Of a DNA stretch of 64,000 nucleotides, positions 1-19,330 are shown piece by piece. Source of the DNA: Schmidtea polychroa. Its lineage: Eukaryota. The notes beneath the pieces are model-generated. The model ran no database searches and was not told the DNA's origin. It saw only the letters and a program-made list of their open reading frames with translations. The number at the start of each line of letters is the position of its first letter. The stretch's first letter is position 1. Made by a program: the position numbers and the translations under genes. The DNA is taken from positions 5,458,001 through 5,522,000 of the forward strand of contig CM097885.1 of assembly GCA_044892525.1 (NCBI GenBank), given 5' to 3'.

Positions 1-679
1 ACATTTACCAACATTTTATTTAGATGTATTAGGGTTCTGTTCAAGTGGTTAGTAAACTTTTACTTAGGTGGAAATTGAGCATACATAAGTAAATGTACTG
101 GGTACCGCTGGACCAAGCAACCCCTCTCTCCGACCGGAAATGTTTTAGAATTTTGTAAAAAGTACATTTAAACAATGCCTCATTCAAAGTCAAATTTTTA
201 GTTTCAATTAGGTAATTTTCGACGAACTGAAAAATGAGGTCTCCCTTGGACGACTACAATTCCAACGGTCCGTAAATATTTTCGGGTCGGTTACTTGTCA
301 ACGACCATTTAATTTAAATAAAAAAATATCATAAATTACAAAGCAGTAAAAAAAATTAAAAGTTTTCAGAAACTAGATTTCAAGGTAAAATTTAAGGCAT
401 TTTAAAATCAGGTAACCGCTGGATCAAGGTTATATTATTATATACCTATATAGTGCATCCGTAAACCTTTTGCCTTTTTAACTTGTAATGGAGTAAAATA
501 TTTTTTACGGATGTCTAACATTAAAATAATATAAACATTACAAGCTTTGTGATACCCAGTGCAAATTTCCAATAGTAGAATAATTTCAAGCTTTTGGCTC
601 TCATTATTACTATGCAGGAGACGCCAAGATTTCTCTTCGCGCCAGGTAAGTTATTGATGATTCAACTCTATTGCATACT

Positions 680-853
680 TTCCCTGCTACACTGGAAATC
701 ACATCACTTGCAAATTAGCTAAATCACAAAAAAAAATATCTGCAAACTTGTAAACATGGCATATGAAAAATCATATTTTACAGATCATAGTTTACAGATT
801 TTTCTGTGGCCACGCTAATTTGCAAGTGATGTGATTTCAAGTGTACCACGGAA
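680..853. repeat. MITE-like element, ~40-bp imperfect inverted repeats
   Basis: TTCCCTGCTACACTGGAAATCACATCACTTGCAAATTAGC (680-719) pairs with 814-853; no TSD identified. Confidence 0.55.
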
Positions 854-1830
854 TCTCAACCAATAAATCTCAACCACTTTATTAATAATTTGGATAAATT
901 AATATTTTAAATTGTTTTATCATTATTTAAGATGTTATATGCGGACAATGACAAAACAGTTGTACATCGACTAAAGAAAATTGATCTTTATTGGAAGAAA
1001 TTTATCGGGTGATTTTAATTAGAATTTAAATCGGTTGAATATCGGTAAAATATGATCATTTGAAGAAATATATTTTATTGGATGGATAAATTTAATTTTT
1101 CAATGCAGCTACTCAGTTATATTGTACAGTAATATTTATTTTAAATTTCGAGTTTTAGAATTTTTTTTAATTATTCTTAATTATATTTAATTATAACTGG
1201 TTTTATCATTAATTTTATTGAATGGATAAATTTAATCTTTCAATGGGAACCTAGTCAGTTATAAGGGAATTGCACAGTAATATATATTTAAAATTTTGAG
1301 TGATTTAGAACAAAAATTTAATTATAACTGGTTTTATCAATAGATTTTATTTAGGGTTAATAAGCAAATTAATTTTAGATGATTTTAGTGAAATATTTGT
1401 AATAATAGGAATTAAGGATAGATATATAATTATTTAAAGGGATTTTAAGGAATCTTATTAGTCCGAAGAGAATATATGATCTTTTAAGGATATTTATCGA
1501 TAAAATACTAATCTTTAAAGACAGAGACATTTCAAAGAAATTTGTTGCTTTTTAGATGATTTTATTTGAGAATTCGCTTGGATATAACAAATATTGTCAT
1601 TTAAACGAATTTACTGGTTTATTAGAAGTAAAAATAATAATAATAGAAATAGTTTGAAAATAATAAAAAACATTAATAATATGACACATTAATAATTGAG
1701 TATGTGACAATGCAACATCAATGCATGTTGAATGCAATTTAAACAAAGACATACTATATTCTGATTGGTTGATAAGCACGAGTCGAAGGTATAAAAACCC
1801 TATACCATTTCATTTTAATCATTATTCATG

Positions 1831-2240
1831 ATGACCAAGAAAATTGCAGGGACCGAAAAACCTAAAGAAGAACATGTACAACCGGTTCAAATATTCCACA
1901 ACTACAAAATGTATTTTTTAAAAGAAGTCAATATGAAATTGGTTGCACTGGTCAAACTAATTCCAACTTAATTTCAATTCTTATCCGGCACGCTTTCAAT
2001 GATGGATGATAAAACTATTTATGATGTTTTCAAACGGTTAAATTCAAATCCAGCATGTAATCAACATGCATAGTTCAACACCCGTATGCAAGATTTCATA
2101 ATGTTTTTAATGAATTCAGTTTCAAAGAAAACGAAAATTGATATATAAAAATTGCAATCCAGGGATATAAAGTTGATAATAATGATGTGTATTCTTCTAT
2201 TTGGAAAATTATGTCTGCTAGACTTTCACAACTATTTTAA
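1831..2240 (+). pseudogene. Decayed copy of the Polinton 136-aa accessory gene with its CCAAT/TATA promoter
   Basis: About 1700-2350 aligns by eye with ~23970-24600 (MTKKIAGTEKPKE...); several stops and frameshifts. Confidence 0.85.
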
Positions 2241-4286
2241 TGTTGTATTTAATGTATTTAATAAATGTATTAGTCATATTTGTTTTTTCTCTTTATTAAC
2301 AAAGAAATTGCAACATTAATTCAAAAGACATACAAATTTAACAAAGAAAATATGACCAATCCCATATTTGGCTTTAAATATACTTTTTTATTTAATTTTA
2401 TATTTATTTATTTATTTATATTGATTTTTATATTTAATTTTTTAATTAAAATTTGTTTATTTTTTTAACAAAATACAAAATAAATACAAATTTGGCAACA
2501 TTTATGTAGCAATAATAAAATATTCTATTGGTTCAAAATAAGATTTGTCTTATTTACTATATTTTCTGTTTACCAAATAAAGCTTTTCAATAAAAAAATG
2601 ACATCTCAAAATTTTTTAAAAGTTTTAGATTGACTTTTACTATGTAGAGACACGAAACTAATTTGCATAGTTTTTATTCAAAACGATTATCGAAATATTT
2701 GCTCCACCAATCAATTTTTCCACGAAAGCATAGGCACTTAATCGGGCGATTGTACTTTGATTGTTGATGAACTCACATTTCGACATGTCAACTCGAGTAT
2801 CGTACAATGTGAAAGTATTGGAATCTTTTTTGCTCCATTTATCAACATTTGTAGACTAATTGTAGTTAATTACAGAATATTTATAGGAAAGCATTACAAT
2901 ATGAATGCATGATTAACAAAGACATTGTAATAGAAATGCTTGATTCTGATTGGTTAAGAACATGAAAAACACACATTAGATGGAAAATTTAAAATAAATG
3001 ATTTAGAATTGCGGTTAAAGTATATTTTCCAAGATATATATTAAAGTTGTATTATATTGTGAAAGATTTTCTAAGTTTAATTATATAAAAATACTTTAAA
3101 ATATTGACATTCAAATTTTGTTTAATTAAAATTTCATATAGGATTAGTTGCACAAAAACGTTTTGAAAAATGTTAATTGACAAATCAAAACATTTTTTAA
3201 ATTTAAAATATTAAAAATCAAAATAAATATTTAAATAAACAGAAATAATAATCTGGTCAAAGATTTCTGGCGAACAAAAAATTCCAAATCAAGCAATAAA
3301 TAATATATGATAATAAGGACAGGCCCGGCTTTACCGATGAAGCAGAAGATCCAAAGCATCGGGGCTACACGAACAAACGGCGCTAAAATCCAAAATTTAA
3401 ATGAAATTATTTTTTTTTTCAAATTTAAATTTTTTTTACAAATTTAAATTTTTTATGTGTTCCAGTCATGTTTGGACATTGTTAATATTTTCAATTTTTA
3501 TTGAAGACCAATTTTTGTGAATTAAAAAAATATAAATTTGTTGTTTGAAATATTTAATAAAAAGTTTAAAACGTGTAATTTCTTGAATAACAAAATTTTT
3601 GTAAATGTAAGTATATTATAGTGATTTCTTTATTTTTACTCAGAGTTTATTATTTTTTCAATAAAGTATCTGAAATATCAATTGAGGAATGGTGAAAGTA
3701 AGTATCACTAATAGTACTACTTTTTACTTTCATCATAGGACATGGCTTTACCCTCACCACCACTTTTATATTTAATTTTAAATTCTTTTCAGTATAACTA
3801 AAAAATGGAGAAAAAAAATTATTTGGAGCAGTGTACTGCAAAAGAAAAGCGATAAGGGATACGGAGCAAAAGAAGTTAACAGGTCAAATAAACTAATTCT
3901 AAAACGGATGAAATTTATGCAAACAGTAATGAACCGAAAGAATTACATTCATTCACAGTCCAAAGAGTTATTGATTCCCCTTCCTTAACTTTATCACATC
4001 AACACGAAGGACATAATAATATCACTACCACGTCGACCACAGAATGTGAATCTAATTTACATTTATCACCCCAAAGAACTTCAGGAACAGCAAGTGAAAC
4101 AAAGAGGGAAAATGAAGTATTGATTTCATTTAAATCATATGATCCAGCTACTTGGCCCAAAGTTATAAATGACAAACTTCTGAAAATTATTATTGAGCAA
4201 GGTTCGATGATACCGATAGAAAAAAAACTATATCCTCGAGACGATTGTGGTCGTAGTTTTAGTAATAACTATTACTATCGTAAGAT

Positions 4287-6196
4287 AGTAGTAGGATGTG
4301 TCACCTACAGGACATGTCACCTCCAGGACACTATAAAATAAGTTGTATAAAACAAGTTAAGTAGTATAAAATAAGTATAAATTAAGTTAAAATTTAAGTA
4401 GGTCAAGCTAAATTAAGTAGATCAAGTTAAAATTATGTAGGTCACGACTATATAGTTTAAAAATATGTAGGTCAAGTTAAAATTAAGTAGATCACGACTA
4501 TATAATTTAAAATATGTAGGTCAAGCTAAAAGTAAGTAGATCACGACTATATAGTTTTTAAAATATATATAGGTCAAGTTACTTTAAACATGTGTCACCT
4601 CCAGGACACATATATATATATATATATATATAAGTAGGTCAAGTTAAAATTAAGTAGATCAAGTTAAAATTATGTAGGTCACGACTATATAGGTATTAAA
4701 ATATGTAGGTCAAGTTACTTTAAATATATGTTACCTCCTGGACTCTATATAATCAAGTATGTCAAGTTAAAATTAAATAGGTCACGACTATATAGTTTAA
4801 AAATATGTAGGTCAAGTTAAAATTAAATAGGTCACTACTGTATAGTTTTTAAAATATGTTGGTCAATTAATTTAAACATGTGTCACCTCCAGGACACTAT
4901 ATAAATTAGTAAGTCAAATTAAGTAGGTCACGACTATATAGTTTCAAAAGATATTTGAGAGTAGAGTACAATGATCATACCTTCAAAGGTGTATGGTGAA
5001 TCCTTAACCTTCAAAAGGTGCAAAACCCTCGAATTTTTTCAAACTCTATAATACATGTCATTCAAAAGGTAATTGAGATGTGAGTATGATGGTCATACAA
5101 TCAAAGGTGTATGGTGAGTCCTTCACCTTCAAAGGGTCAAAAACTTTCGAATTTTTTCAAACTTTATAATATATATACATCATTCAAAAGGTATTTGAGA
5201 GTAGAGTGTGATGGTCATACCTTCAAAGATGTATGATGAGTCCTTACCCTCAAGTGTCAAAAAACTTTGATTTTTATTCAAACTGTAAATTGATCATTAC
5301 AACAAATTTTCAATCCCCAAAATAAATTTCCCAACTCAAAAATTTCCCAAATTTTAAAAATTCTCAAAAACAATTTTCCCAACTCAAATTTTTTCAAAAA
5401 TTAAAAAGTCCCAAAAATGAAATTCCCAAAATTTCCCAACTCAAAATTTTTCAAATTTTAAAAAGTTTTCAAAACTATTTTCCCAAATTTTCCAACTAAA
5501 TAGTAAAAGAATGTTTTACAAATTTTTTTTTTCTCGAATACATCAAACCAAAAATTTAACAAGGTTAGTCACACAAATCTAATTCTGAAATCAAACAAAT
5601 GAATTTAATAAAAATTAAAATCATCAACATACCCAAACGCCGCTTACTCGCCCGCCCGCCGCCCGCGCCGAAGGGGCTGGCGCGGTAGTTTGTAAATTTG
5701 GTTTAGTTTGAATATTATTATTTGCAACATAGTTGTATTATTTACAATATTCAAAGTATTAATAACAAAGGTAAAGAAATAAATGTTTATTAAATGTATA
5801 TAGTATGATACTCATTAATATACATTGAACATGCTTTACATTTGCGAACATTTTAAATTTGAATTTTAAGGATTACCTTCGATAGATTATATTGAATAAT
5901 GGTTCATTAAAAAGGTCTCGAAGAGCTCTATCCAATGATTATATATTATAAGATATATTGTTTGTACACAATATAGTAAGTATTATTATTTTTATTATTA
6001 TTTTTATTAACAAACTACATCCTAATAAAATACTTCTACACTTCAAATTATTAAAAAAAAAATAAAAAATAAAAAAAAATAATAATAATAAAAAATAAAA
6101 TAAAACCGATAATTATAAAACGAAAAGAGACTTTACAATAATTTCTATTTTACAAAAATTCAAACATGTCCGATCACCGAATTAAATTAATCTTGT
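4287..6196. repeat. P1 left inverted arm
   Basis: Reverse complement of 53837-55828 apart from repeat-number differences and a short indel. Confidence 0.95.
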
Positions 6197-8253
6197 AGAT
6201 GTTGATTGATGAGATCGGGATCTGCTCCTGATTGAATATCATTATCGTCATCATCAATGACATCAACCCCTAAATAATGACCATATGCAAAACTAGAGTT
6301 TTTCTCTACCCAAGCTCTTTTATCATCATGATTAGTTAAAGCAATCTTTGAGTTTTTAAAGGTAAAAAGCTGATGATTTCGGGTTCCTATTCTAGTCTGA
6401 GGTACAGAAATAACTGTGTTGTTGTTGTAACAATCTAAATAGGATTGATGTTTTATATCTGTACCTGGTAGTTTTACGCCCTTAGCTCTCATAGTAGATT
6501 TATTTCCTAAAAGACTGTAGCACTTTGGTCGCAAGAAAACCCACTCACTATATCCTACACCCTTACTCTCATCCTTAAACTTTCCTATAACTGAGTCGAG
6601 TCTCCTAGAATATAAAGGATGAGAGGGATCATAATTTGAGGTGTCTAACAAGTCATCCGAAATCATTGCTGGCAAAAGAACGTCAAGCTTTAAATTTTTG
6701 ACCTCTAAGAAGAAACTATCGGTATCACCCGCAACTATATTTATATCACAGTTAAACTGACTCCTATATTTTGCTAATTCTATGTACTGTAATTGATACA
6801 TCCTTAGTTTGGATAAATCCAGCACTGATTGTCCGATGTAGCTGGGTCTATCCAAACATATAGACTCCTTATTGAGATGTAAACCAAAAAGATCATCATC
6901 AATTTTGATGGTTTTTCTAAATGATGGTTTTGATGAATATGTAATTAATTTTTTCGCGGAATTACATAGTCGTAAATTTAATCTCTTCTTAAGGTTTTCA
7001 ACGGATTTACCGTACAAGCTATTATTATACAATTTGAATAAATCTCTGTACAGTTCACTGCTTGCTTCAGCTCTTAGTTGTGTATTTTTATTTATATAAT
7101 TTTTAAAAATCGGTGCTTGCTTGAATTTTATAGCCCTATGGATATGTACAACTTTGGCACCAAGAAACAAATAAAGCTTGAGAAGCCTCCAATGAAGAAC
7201 ATGGTTCTTCTTTGGCCAATGCGTGAGCATCAACTTCTCAACTTTCGAACCAGGCGGGCACATTTTCTCAGGAGCAAGAGGAAAGTCATTTAAAAAATCA
7301 TGAAAAATTTCTGGAATATCTATATCCACTTCTATGGTATAACCATAGGGAAGGATTTCAATGTCAGCATTCATGCACTCAAGCAATACATCATTCAATC
7401 CATAATACACCCAAGTGAAATCAGCAAAAGGAAGATTTTGGCTAAGAGCCCAACCATACAGATTATTTATATCAATATATAATAATTCTGTATTATCAGA
7501 AGCAGCAACGTAATGTTTGTTAACAAATGTTAACCCACCACGTATTCCTCCTTCGTAAAAATTGAACATTTCCATGTCCTGTAAAAGTTCTATAGGCTCA
7601 GTTAATGTCATAAGCGCTGATGCCCATGACATACCCGGAATACCATAAAGGTTTAGAGGTTCTAGACCATTGTATGCGATGGCCTTGGCACGGAATTGTT
7701 GGAAATAGTCCGCAAGGAGGAATACATCCAATTTTTGATAAGTTAACATATAGTCAGCCAATTTAGTACAACGTTGTTGAGTCCAAATAAGTTGAGCTTT
7801 AGTATACTCATCTTCAGTAACACCAGACCAAATAGGAGGCAATTCATAAGTGGTTTCAAGTACATCCAAATCAGTCGCATAATCATAAGGAAATATGGCT
7901 TTAGCATCTATCATTAGCCTATCAAAAACCGACGAAGTCAAAGGAAGATCAGTTAGAGTTTTTACAGCCTTAGCCAAAGAACAATTAACAAATTGCATGC
8001 TGTCGATAAAACGAACAGCTAATTTTTTAATGTGAACAATCATCGAGATAAATTTCTCTGTGCTTGTGGGTATTATATTCAAATTCCAAGAAGGAAAGCC
8101 ATTGAGACCATATTTTAAAATATGGTGTAAGTCGTATCCTCGTAAATTATGAAATACAATCGGCAACTGTTTATAAATTCTGCGAGCCATATTACATTTC
8201 CTACAGGCTGCACCGAGATAATTACCAGTAAAATGGTCATGATCTCGAACAGC
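6187..8253 (-). pseudogene. polB: P1 protein-primed DNA polymerase B, C-terminal part
   Basis: RDHDHFTG, FHNLRGYD, YIDINNLYG, KLYNNSLYGK, GDTDS, PKCY motifs; cut by P2 at 8254. Confidence 0.95.
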
Positions 8254-9052
8254 AGTAGATGGATTGGGCACCGCTGGCACAGGGCACCGCTAGCACAGTA
8301 CCCCCCCCCCCCCCGTCGGTAAGATTTTCAAAAATATTCTAAGTCTAAAAGTACATTTTTTTTTCAAGGTCAAATTTAAACAAAGACATATGACTCATCA
8401 AGGTCATTGAAACAAAGACCATGAGTCATCCTATGACTCATCAAATTTTTCAAGGTCATTTAAACAAAGACCATGACTCATCCGATGACTCATCAAGGTC
8501 ATTTTCAAGGTCATATGACTCATACTATGACTCATCAAGGTCAAAAAAATTTTCTCAAGGTCATTTAAACAAAGACCATGACTCATGAAGGTCATTTTCA
8601 AGGTCATATGACTCGTAGTATGACTCATGTGACCTTGAAAAATATTTTTCAAGGTCATGTGACTCATAATATGACTCATCAAGGTCATTTTCAAGGTCAT
8701 ATGACTCATAATATGACTCATCAAGGCCATTTTCAAGGTCATGACTCATAGTATGACTCATCAAGGTCATTTTCAAGGTCATTGTCAAGGTTATCTGAGT
8801 CATCCTATGACTCATCAAGGTCATTTTCAAGGTCACATGACTCATCCAAGGTCATTCCCAAGGTCATATGAGTCATCGCGATGACTCATCAAGGTCATAT
8901 TATTATTTTTTAAAATATTATTATTTTTATTATTATTTTTAAAAATATTATTATTTTATTTTTAATTTTTTCAAAGTTCCCGCAAACGAAAATTAATAAT
9001 CGATAGCTCATTTTAAAGCTCAATCCAAGACCTTTCGAATGAGCCATATATC

Positions 9053-9109
<57 letters not shown>

Positions 9110-9271
9110 GTATTAATCTATATACACCGAGTCTATATACTCTGAGTCTATCCGACAAAATATTTTGTCCCCCTATGGGTAATGCTCACAAGGGTACTGG
9201 TCACGCTCAACAAATCAACAAAACATACATTTATTTAAACAATAAAATAATGTAAAATTAACAAAGGTAAA
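8254..9271. repeat. P2 left TIR with ATGACTCAT/TCAAGGTCA array
   Basis: Reverse complement of ~26196-27378. Confidence 0.93.
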
Positions 9272-9278
9272 TATTTAT

Positions 9279-9907
9279 TTACATGTATATAGTATGATAT
9301 TCATTAATCAGTGTTGAACAAGCTTGACACTTGCGAACAATCTTCTCGTTACACTTAGAACAAACAATTACGTAACCGCACGGTAAATACAAAACCGAAA
9401 CTCGATTTTCTTTACAAATTGAACAGGTTAAATACCTTTTCTTAACATCGCTCAGTTTTTTCGTTAGCTTATTTTCAATCAAATCGGCTTTCGCTATCCA
9501 ATCATAAATCAATCTACTATATCCAGGTTTCAACCTTAAAAACATACAACTCCAAAAGTATTCATTCAGCGAATCATTGTTTACTGCTATTTTTTCTAAG
9601 TACATTAAATAACAAGATAACTTTAAAATGGATTTCTCATAATTAAATAAATCAAACAAATATTCAATAGAGGAATGTTTGAAAATCTTTAAAATATTTA
9701 TGAGTTGCTTATCACTGTAATCATCATGATTATTTATAAAATCTTCAACTGTGTTGTTAAAAAATTTCATTGAAATTTCGGAATCGGTCCGACTTAATTT
9801 TTCCTTATTTCTTCCTTGCTATAAATGACATATATAAAAAAATATTGACAAAATAATAAAGTTACCAAATGTGTTACACATTCATCGGTTTTATTTGTAT
9901 AAATCAT
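9279..9907 (-). CDS. C-terminal RING (IAP/MDM2-type) E3 ligase-like protein, 2 exons
   Basis: CSICKENRVSVLYLPCGYVIVCSKC...CQAC; in-frame upstream exon MIYTNKTDECVTHL joined via GT-AG intron 9819-9865; TATA and CCAAT upstream. Confidence 0.75.
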
Positions 9908-10122
9908 TATTAATAACTAAATTACTTTTGTTTTTTTTTACATTTATAAAAATTGTGATAACCAATCAAAATAGAGCTTTCAAAATGTAACCATCAAATG
10001 TATAACAATAATAAGCATGACTAGTACCCTTTGCAACCTGTTTAAAGTTTTATTATTATTATTATTATTAATATTATTAATATTATTATTAATATTATTA
10101 TTATTATTATTAATATTATTAA

Positions 10123-10192
<70 letters not shown>

Positions 10193-10217
10193 ATTATTAT
10201 TATTATTATTTCATTGA

Positions 10218-10355
10218 TATAGCTGCATGCCCACTGCAGACTATATAAAACATATAGCTGCATGCCCACTGCAGACTATATAAAAACATATAGCTGCATG
10301 CCCACTGCAGACTATATAAAAAACATATAGCTGCATGCCCACTGCAGACTATATA
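10218..10355. repeat. Four copies of a ~39-bp hairpin-forming repeat TAGCTGCATGCCCACTGCAGACTA
   Basis: Direct inspection; related copies at 14965-15365 and ~48545-48570. Confidence 0.9.
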
Positions 10356-10590
10356 TATAAAAACATATAAAAGTCACCATTAAATACTTATAAAACAAAC
10401 TTAAAAATTATAATAAAACAAACTTAAAAATTCGAAAAATCTGATTACAAATTTTTATTGAATATATACAAAATTTAAATCAATATATACAAATTTTTAT
10501 ACAATTTTTATAAATCAAAATAAAAAGTTTTTTTTCAATATATATACAAGTTTTTGTAAATCAAAAGTTTCTGTACAACTTTCAATTGCC

Positions 10591-16879
<6,289 letters not shown>

Positions 16880-17366
16880 TTTGTTTTTTTCAAATTGATT
16901 TTCAAATTGATTTTCAAAATTTCAAAATAATTGTGACAAATTTTAGATTTGTCAATGTTTATAAAGAGAATGAATATTTTCCTGTCCCAGCCAATGAGAA
17001 TATAGACACACACACATATACATTGAATATTTTACTCTCTCAACCAATCACACGCATGCATGTATGTAATGTAAATCAGTCAGAATTACATGTGACTGCC
17101 TTTGTTAGTCATGCCTTTGTTAACTTGCACTGTGCATGCCTCATGCAAAGGCAGTCTTTATGTTACAAATAATAATATTTATTAGAATAATAATAAAATT
17201 AATTAAAAATAATAATATTTTTCACAATAATAATAATATTAATAATATTAATAATATTAATAATATTAATAATAATAATATTAATAATAATAATATTAAT
17301 AATAATAACACAACAACAAAGGAAAGGATACATTTATTAAACATCAAATTTATTAAACATTTTTCT

Positions 17367-17741
17367 TTAAACATCAAATTTTTTGTACAATAACCAAGCT
17401 AAACAATGTTGACCGCATGTTTGGGTCAAAGGATTTTGAAACATAGTTTTATTATACACAATAGGTTTCCCCATTGTTTGTAGAATCGAACACGAATATA
17501 TTACCAGGTTTCACATATATAGCTATCCAATGTTCTCCACCAAGATGAGACGATTGAGTATTGACGATTATTGCTTGATTATTGCTCAAATATGGAATTT
17601 TATCAAGAGGAAAAACTCCAACAAATTCATTTCCCAATATCTGTTTTCCGATTTTATTGACCTGAACAGAACTATTTTAATAAATTAAACAGTATAAAAA
17701 ACAACTTACTCCATGATAACTTTTTGTGTTTCTGTATACAT
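17367..17741 (-). pseudogene. P2 adenain-like maturation cysteine protease, frameshifted by a short deletion
   Basis: FVGVFPLD, IIVNT..GEHWIAI, VFDS, then in another frame QNPLTQTCGQHC; the stretch PMGFYYPALLVSK seen in the P1 copy is missing; one short intron; ATG directly follows the MCP stop. Confidence 0.85.
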
Positions 17742-18962
17742 TTATACCAACACTGTTCTATTTGCAGTAATTTGAACTTCATTTTCAAATACTCCATATA
17801 TTATAACATGTACTGGTTCAGTAATAGCTTTTGCAAACTTTATATCCAGTCGTAAATTTCCATTTTGAGGTAATTGACTTTGATTTAAATCAAAATCAGG
17901 GGCTAAAACAAATGTAAAAAATGGGTATTTGCTTTTAAAATCTTCTAGTGTTATTCCGCAATTCAAATTTTTATCTAAATAACCCAGATTTCTAACAATA
18001 CTCTGCATATATGTCGCGCAGTAATTGTCATTCTCGAAATCTTGAATATATGTTTCTCTATAATCAGTATTTTTCGACAAAGTCAATGATGTAACACCAA
18101 AGTTTTTGAAAATTGAGCTGGACGCAGTATATGATCCATTATATTGTGCTTCACTTTGAAATGTTATCAGAATAAAATTAGGCATTCTTCTGTCACCAAA
18201 TATTTGTTCTTTATAGAATGATGAAGCACCTTTAGCAATAGCAAATTGTACAATTTCCTTTGTTTTTAATGGATAAATTGCATGTTTTGAATTAAGACCC
18301 AATTGATGACCTGCTAATACTGAAGGGTCTACTCGAACTCTTCTCACCAATAATTTTGCATCAACTAATTGACATATTGGTGCAGTAGTTGCACTAGTAA
18401 GAGATAATGCAGAATCAGACCTTTTCAATCTAATATGTACATTAACTCCCGGTAGTAAATATTTCGGTTGATCCATAAAATCAAGTTGTAATGATGAGCA
18501 CATGGTGAAAACCTTTGAGCCTTTTACCCACTTTTTTCTTTCATCATCACTGCCATAACCCATAGGAGTAAGACATGTATTTTTAGTATCGGAATTGTAA
18601 TTTAAAATAGTTTCTATTAATGCCTTGTGAATGAATGTATTATTTCCGCCCTCAATCTTGATATTATTAAATCCCAACACTGCATCTTTAAAAAGAGTAT
18701 GAAACAGGAAATTGTTCGGTATTACATCTGCATTGGCATCCAAAACTTTTCTATCTTTATCTACAACCTTAATCTGAACAGTCAATAAAGTATCGTTCAA
18801 ATCTAAATATTCGGTTTGTGAACCATTAATATAAAACTCGATATCGTTTCTACTATCTGTAATTGAATTCATAGGAAAAACTTCCTCAAATGCCCCAAAT
18901 TCTATTACAGCCTGGGGCGATGGTCTATCAAATATACATAATTCGGATTTACCACAAATCAT
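17742..18962 (-). CDS. Major capsid protein (double jelly-roll, PY/hexon-like)
   Basis: KSELCIFD, IEFYI..YLDLNDT, QPKYLLPGVNVHIRLKRS, GNLRLDIKF motifs typical of Polinton MCP; gene position. Confidence 0.92.
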   Translation of the reverse strand: MICGKSELCIFDRPSPQAVIEFGAFEEVFPMNSITDSRNDIEFYINGSQTEYLDLNDTLLTVQIKVVDKDRKVLDANADVIPNNFLFHTLFKDAVLGFNNIKIEGGNNTFIHKALIETILNYNSDTKNTCLTPMGYGSDDERKKWVKGSKVFTMCSSLQLDFMDQPKYLLPGVNVHIRLKRSDSALSLTSATTAPICQLVDAKLLVRRVRVDPSVLAGHQLGLNSKHAIYPLKTKEIVQFAIAKGASSFYKEQIFGDRRMPNFILITFQSEAQYNGSYTASSSIFKNFGVTSLTLSKNTDYRETYIQDFENDNYCATYMQSIVRNLGYLDKNLNCGITLEDFKSKYPFFTFVLAPDFDLNQSQLPQNGNLRLDIKFAKAITEPVHVIIYGVFENEVQITANRTVLV

Positions 18963-19330
18963 TTTGCAAATATAGTTCCATGTCCTTTCATTCGTTTGTT
19001 TATACGTGATATTCCATGTCTTTTACGTTTTGGAGCATGAGCTGGAGCTGGAGCTGGAGCTGGTTTTTGAAACATACCTACAACCCCGGGTAAAACTTTC
19101 CCTAATTCTGCTAAAGCATTTGTTTTTAGAGATGGTAATATTTTCTGTTCATTCATAATAACATCTTTTGCAGTTTTCATACCAAAACTACCGATACGTT
19201 TAAGAATAGGCAATGCAAATCTACCAATTGTTCTCAACCATCCTGATCCGTACTGTTTACCAATAAAATATGGTAAATCACCACCAGATTGGCTACCACT
19301 ATACATACTAATAATATCAGAATTAGCCAT
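18959..19330 (-). CDS. Small basic virion core/cement protein with QxGG and QxGxG motifs
   Basis: QSGG, QYGSGWLRTIGRFALPILK amphipathic motif; lies between mCP and MCP with overlapping stop/start. Confidence 0.8.
   Translation of the reverse strand: MANSDIISMYSGSQSGGDLPYFIGKQYGSGWLRTIGRFALPILKRIGSFGMKTAKDVIMNEQKILPSLKTNALAELGKVLPGVVGMFQKPAPAPAPAHAPKRKRHGISRINKRMKGHGTIFAK

Noticed and set aside
8431..8845. MTLKMTLMSH-repeat ORFs (also 26759-27412)
   Set aside because: Translations of the TIR motif arrays; open in several frames and on both strands
10017..10269. Poly-Ile/Leu/Asn ORFs (also 8910, 15049-15616, 23582, 26309, 34809, 48593, 53026)
   Set aside because: (TAA)n microsatellite artefacts
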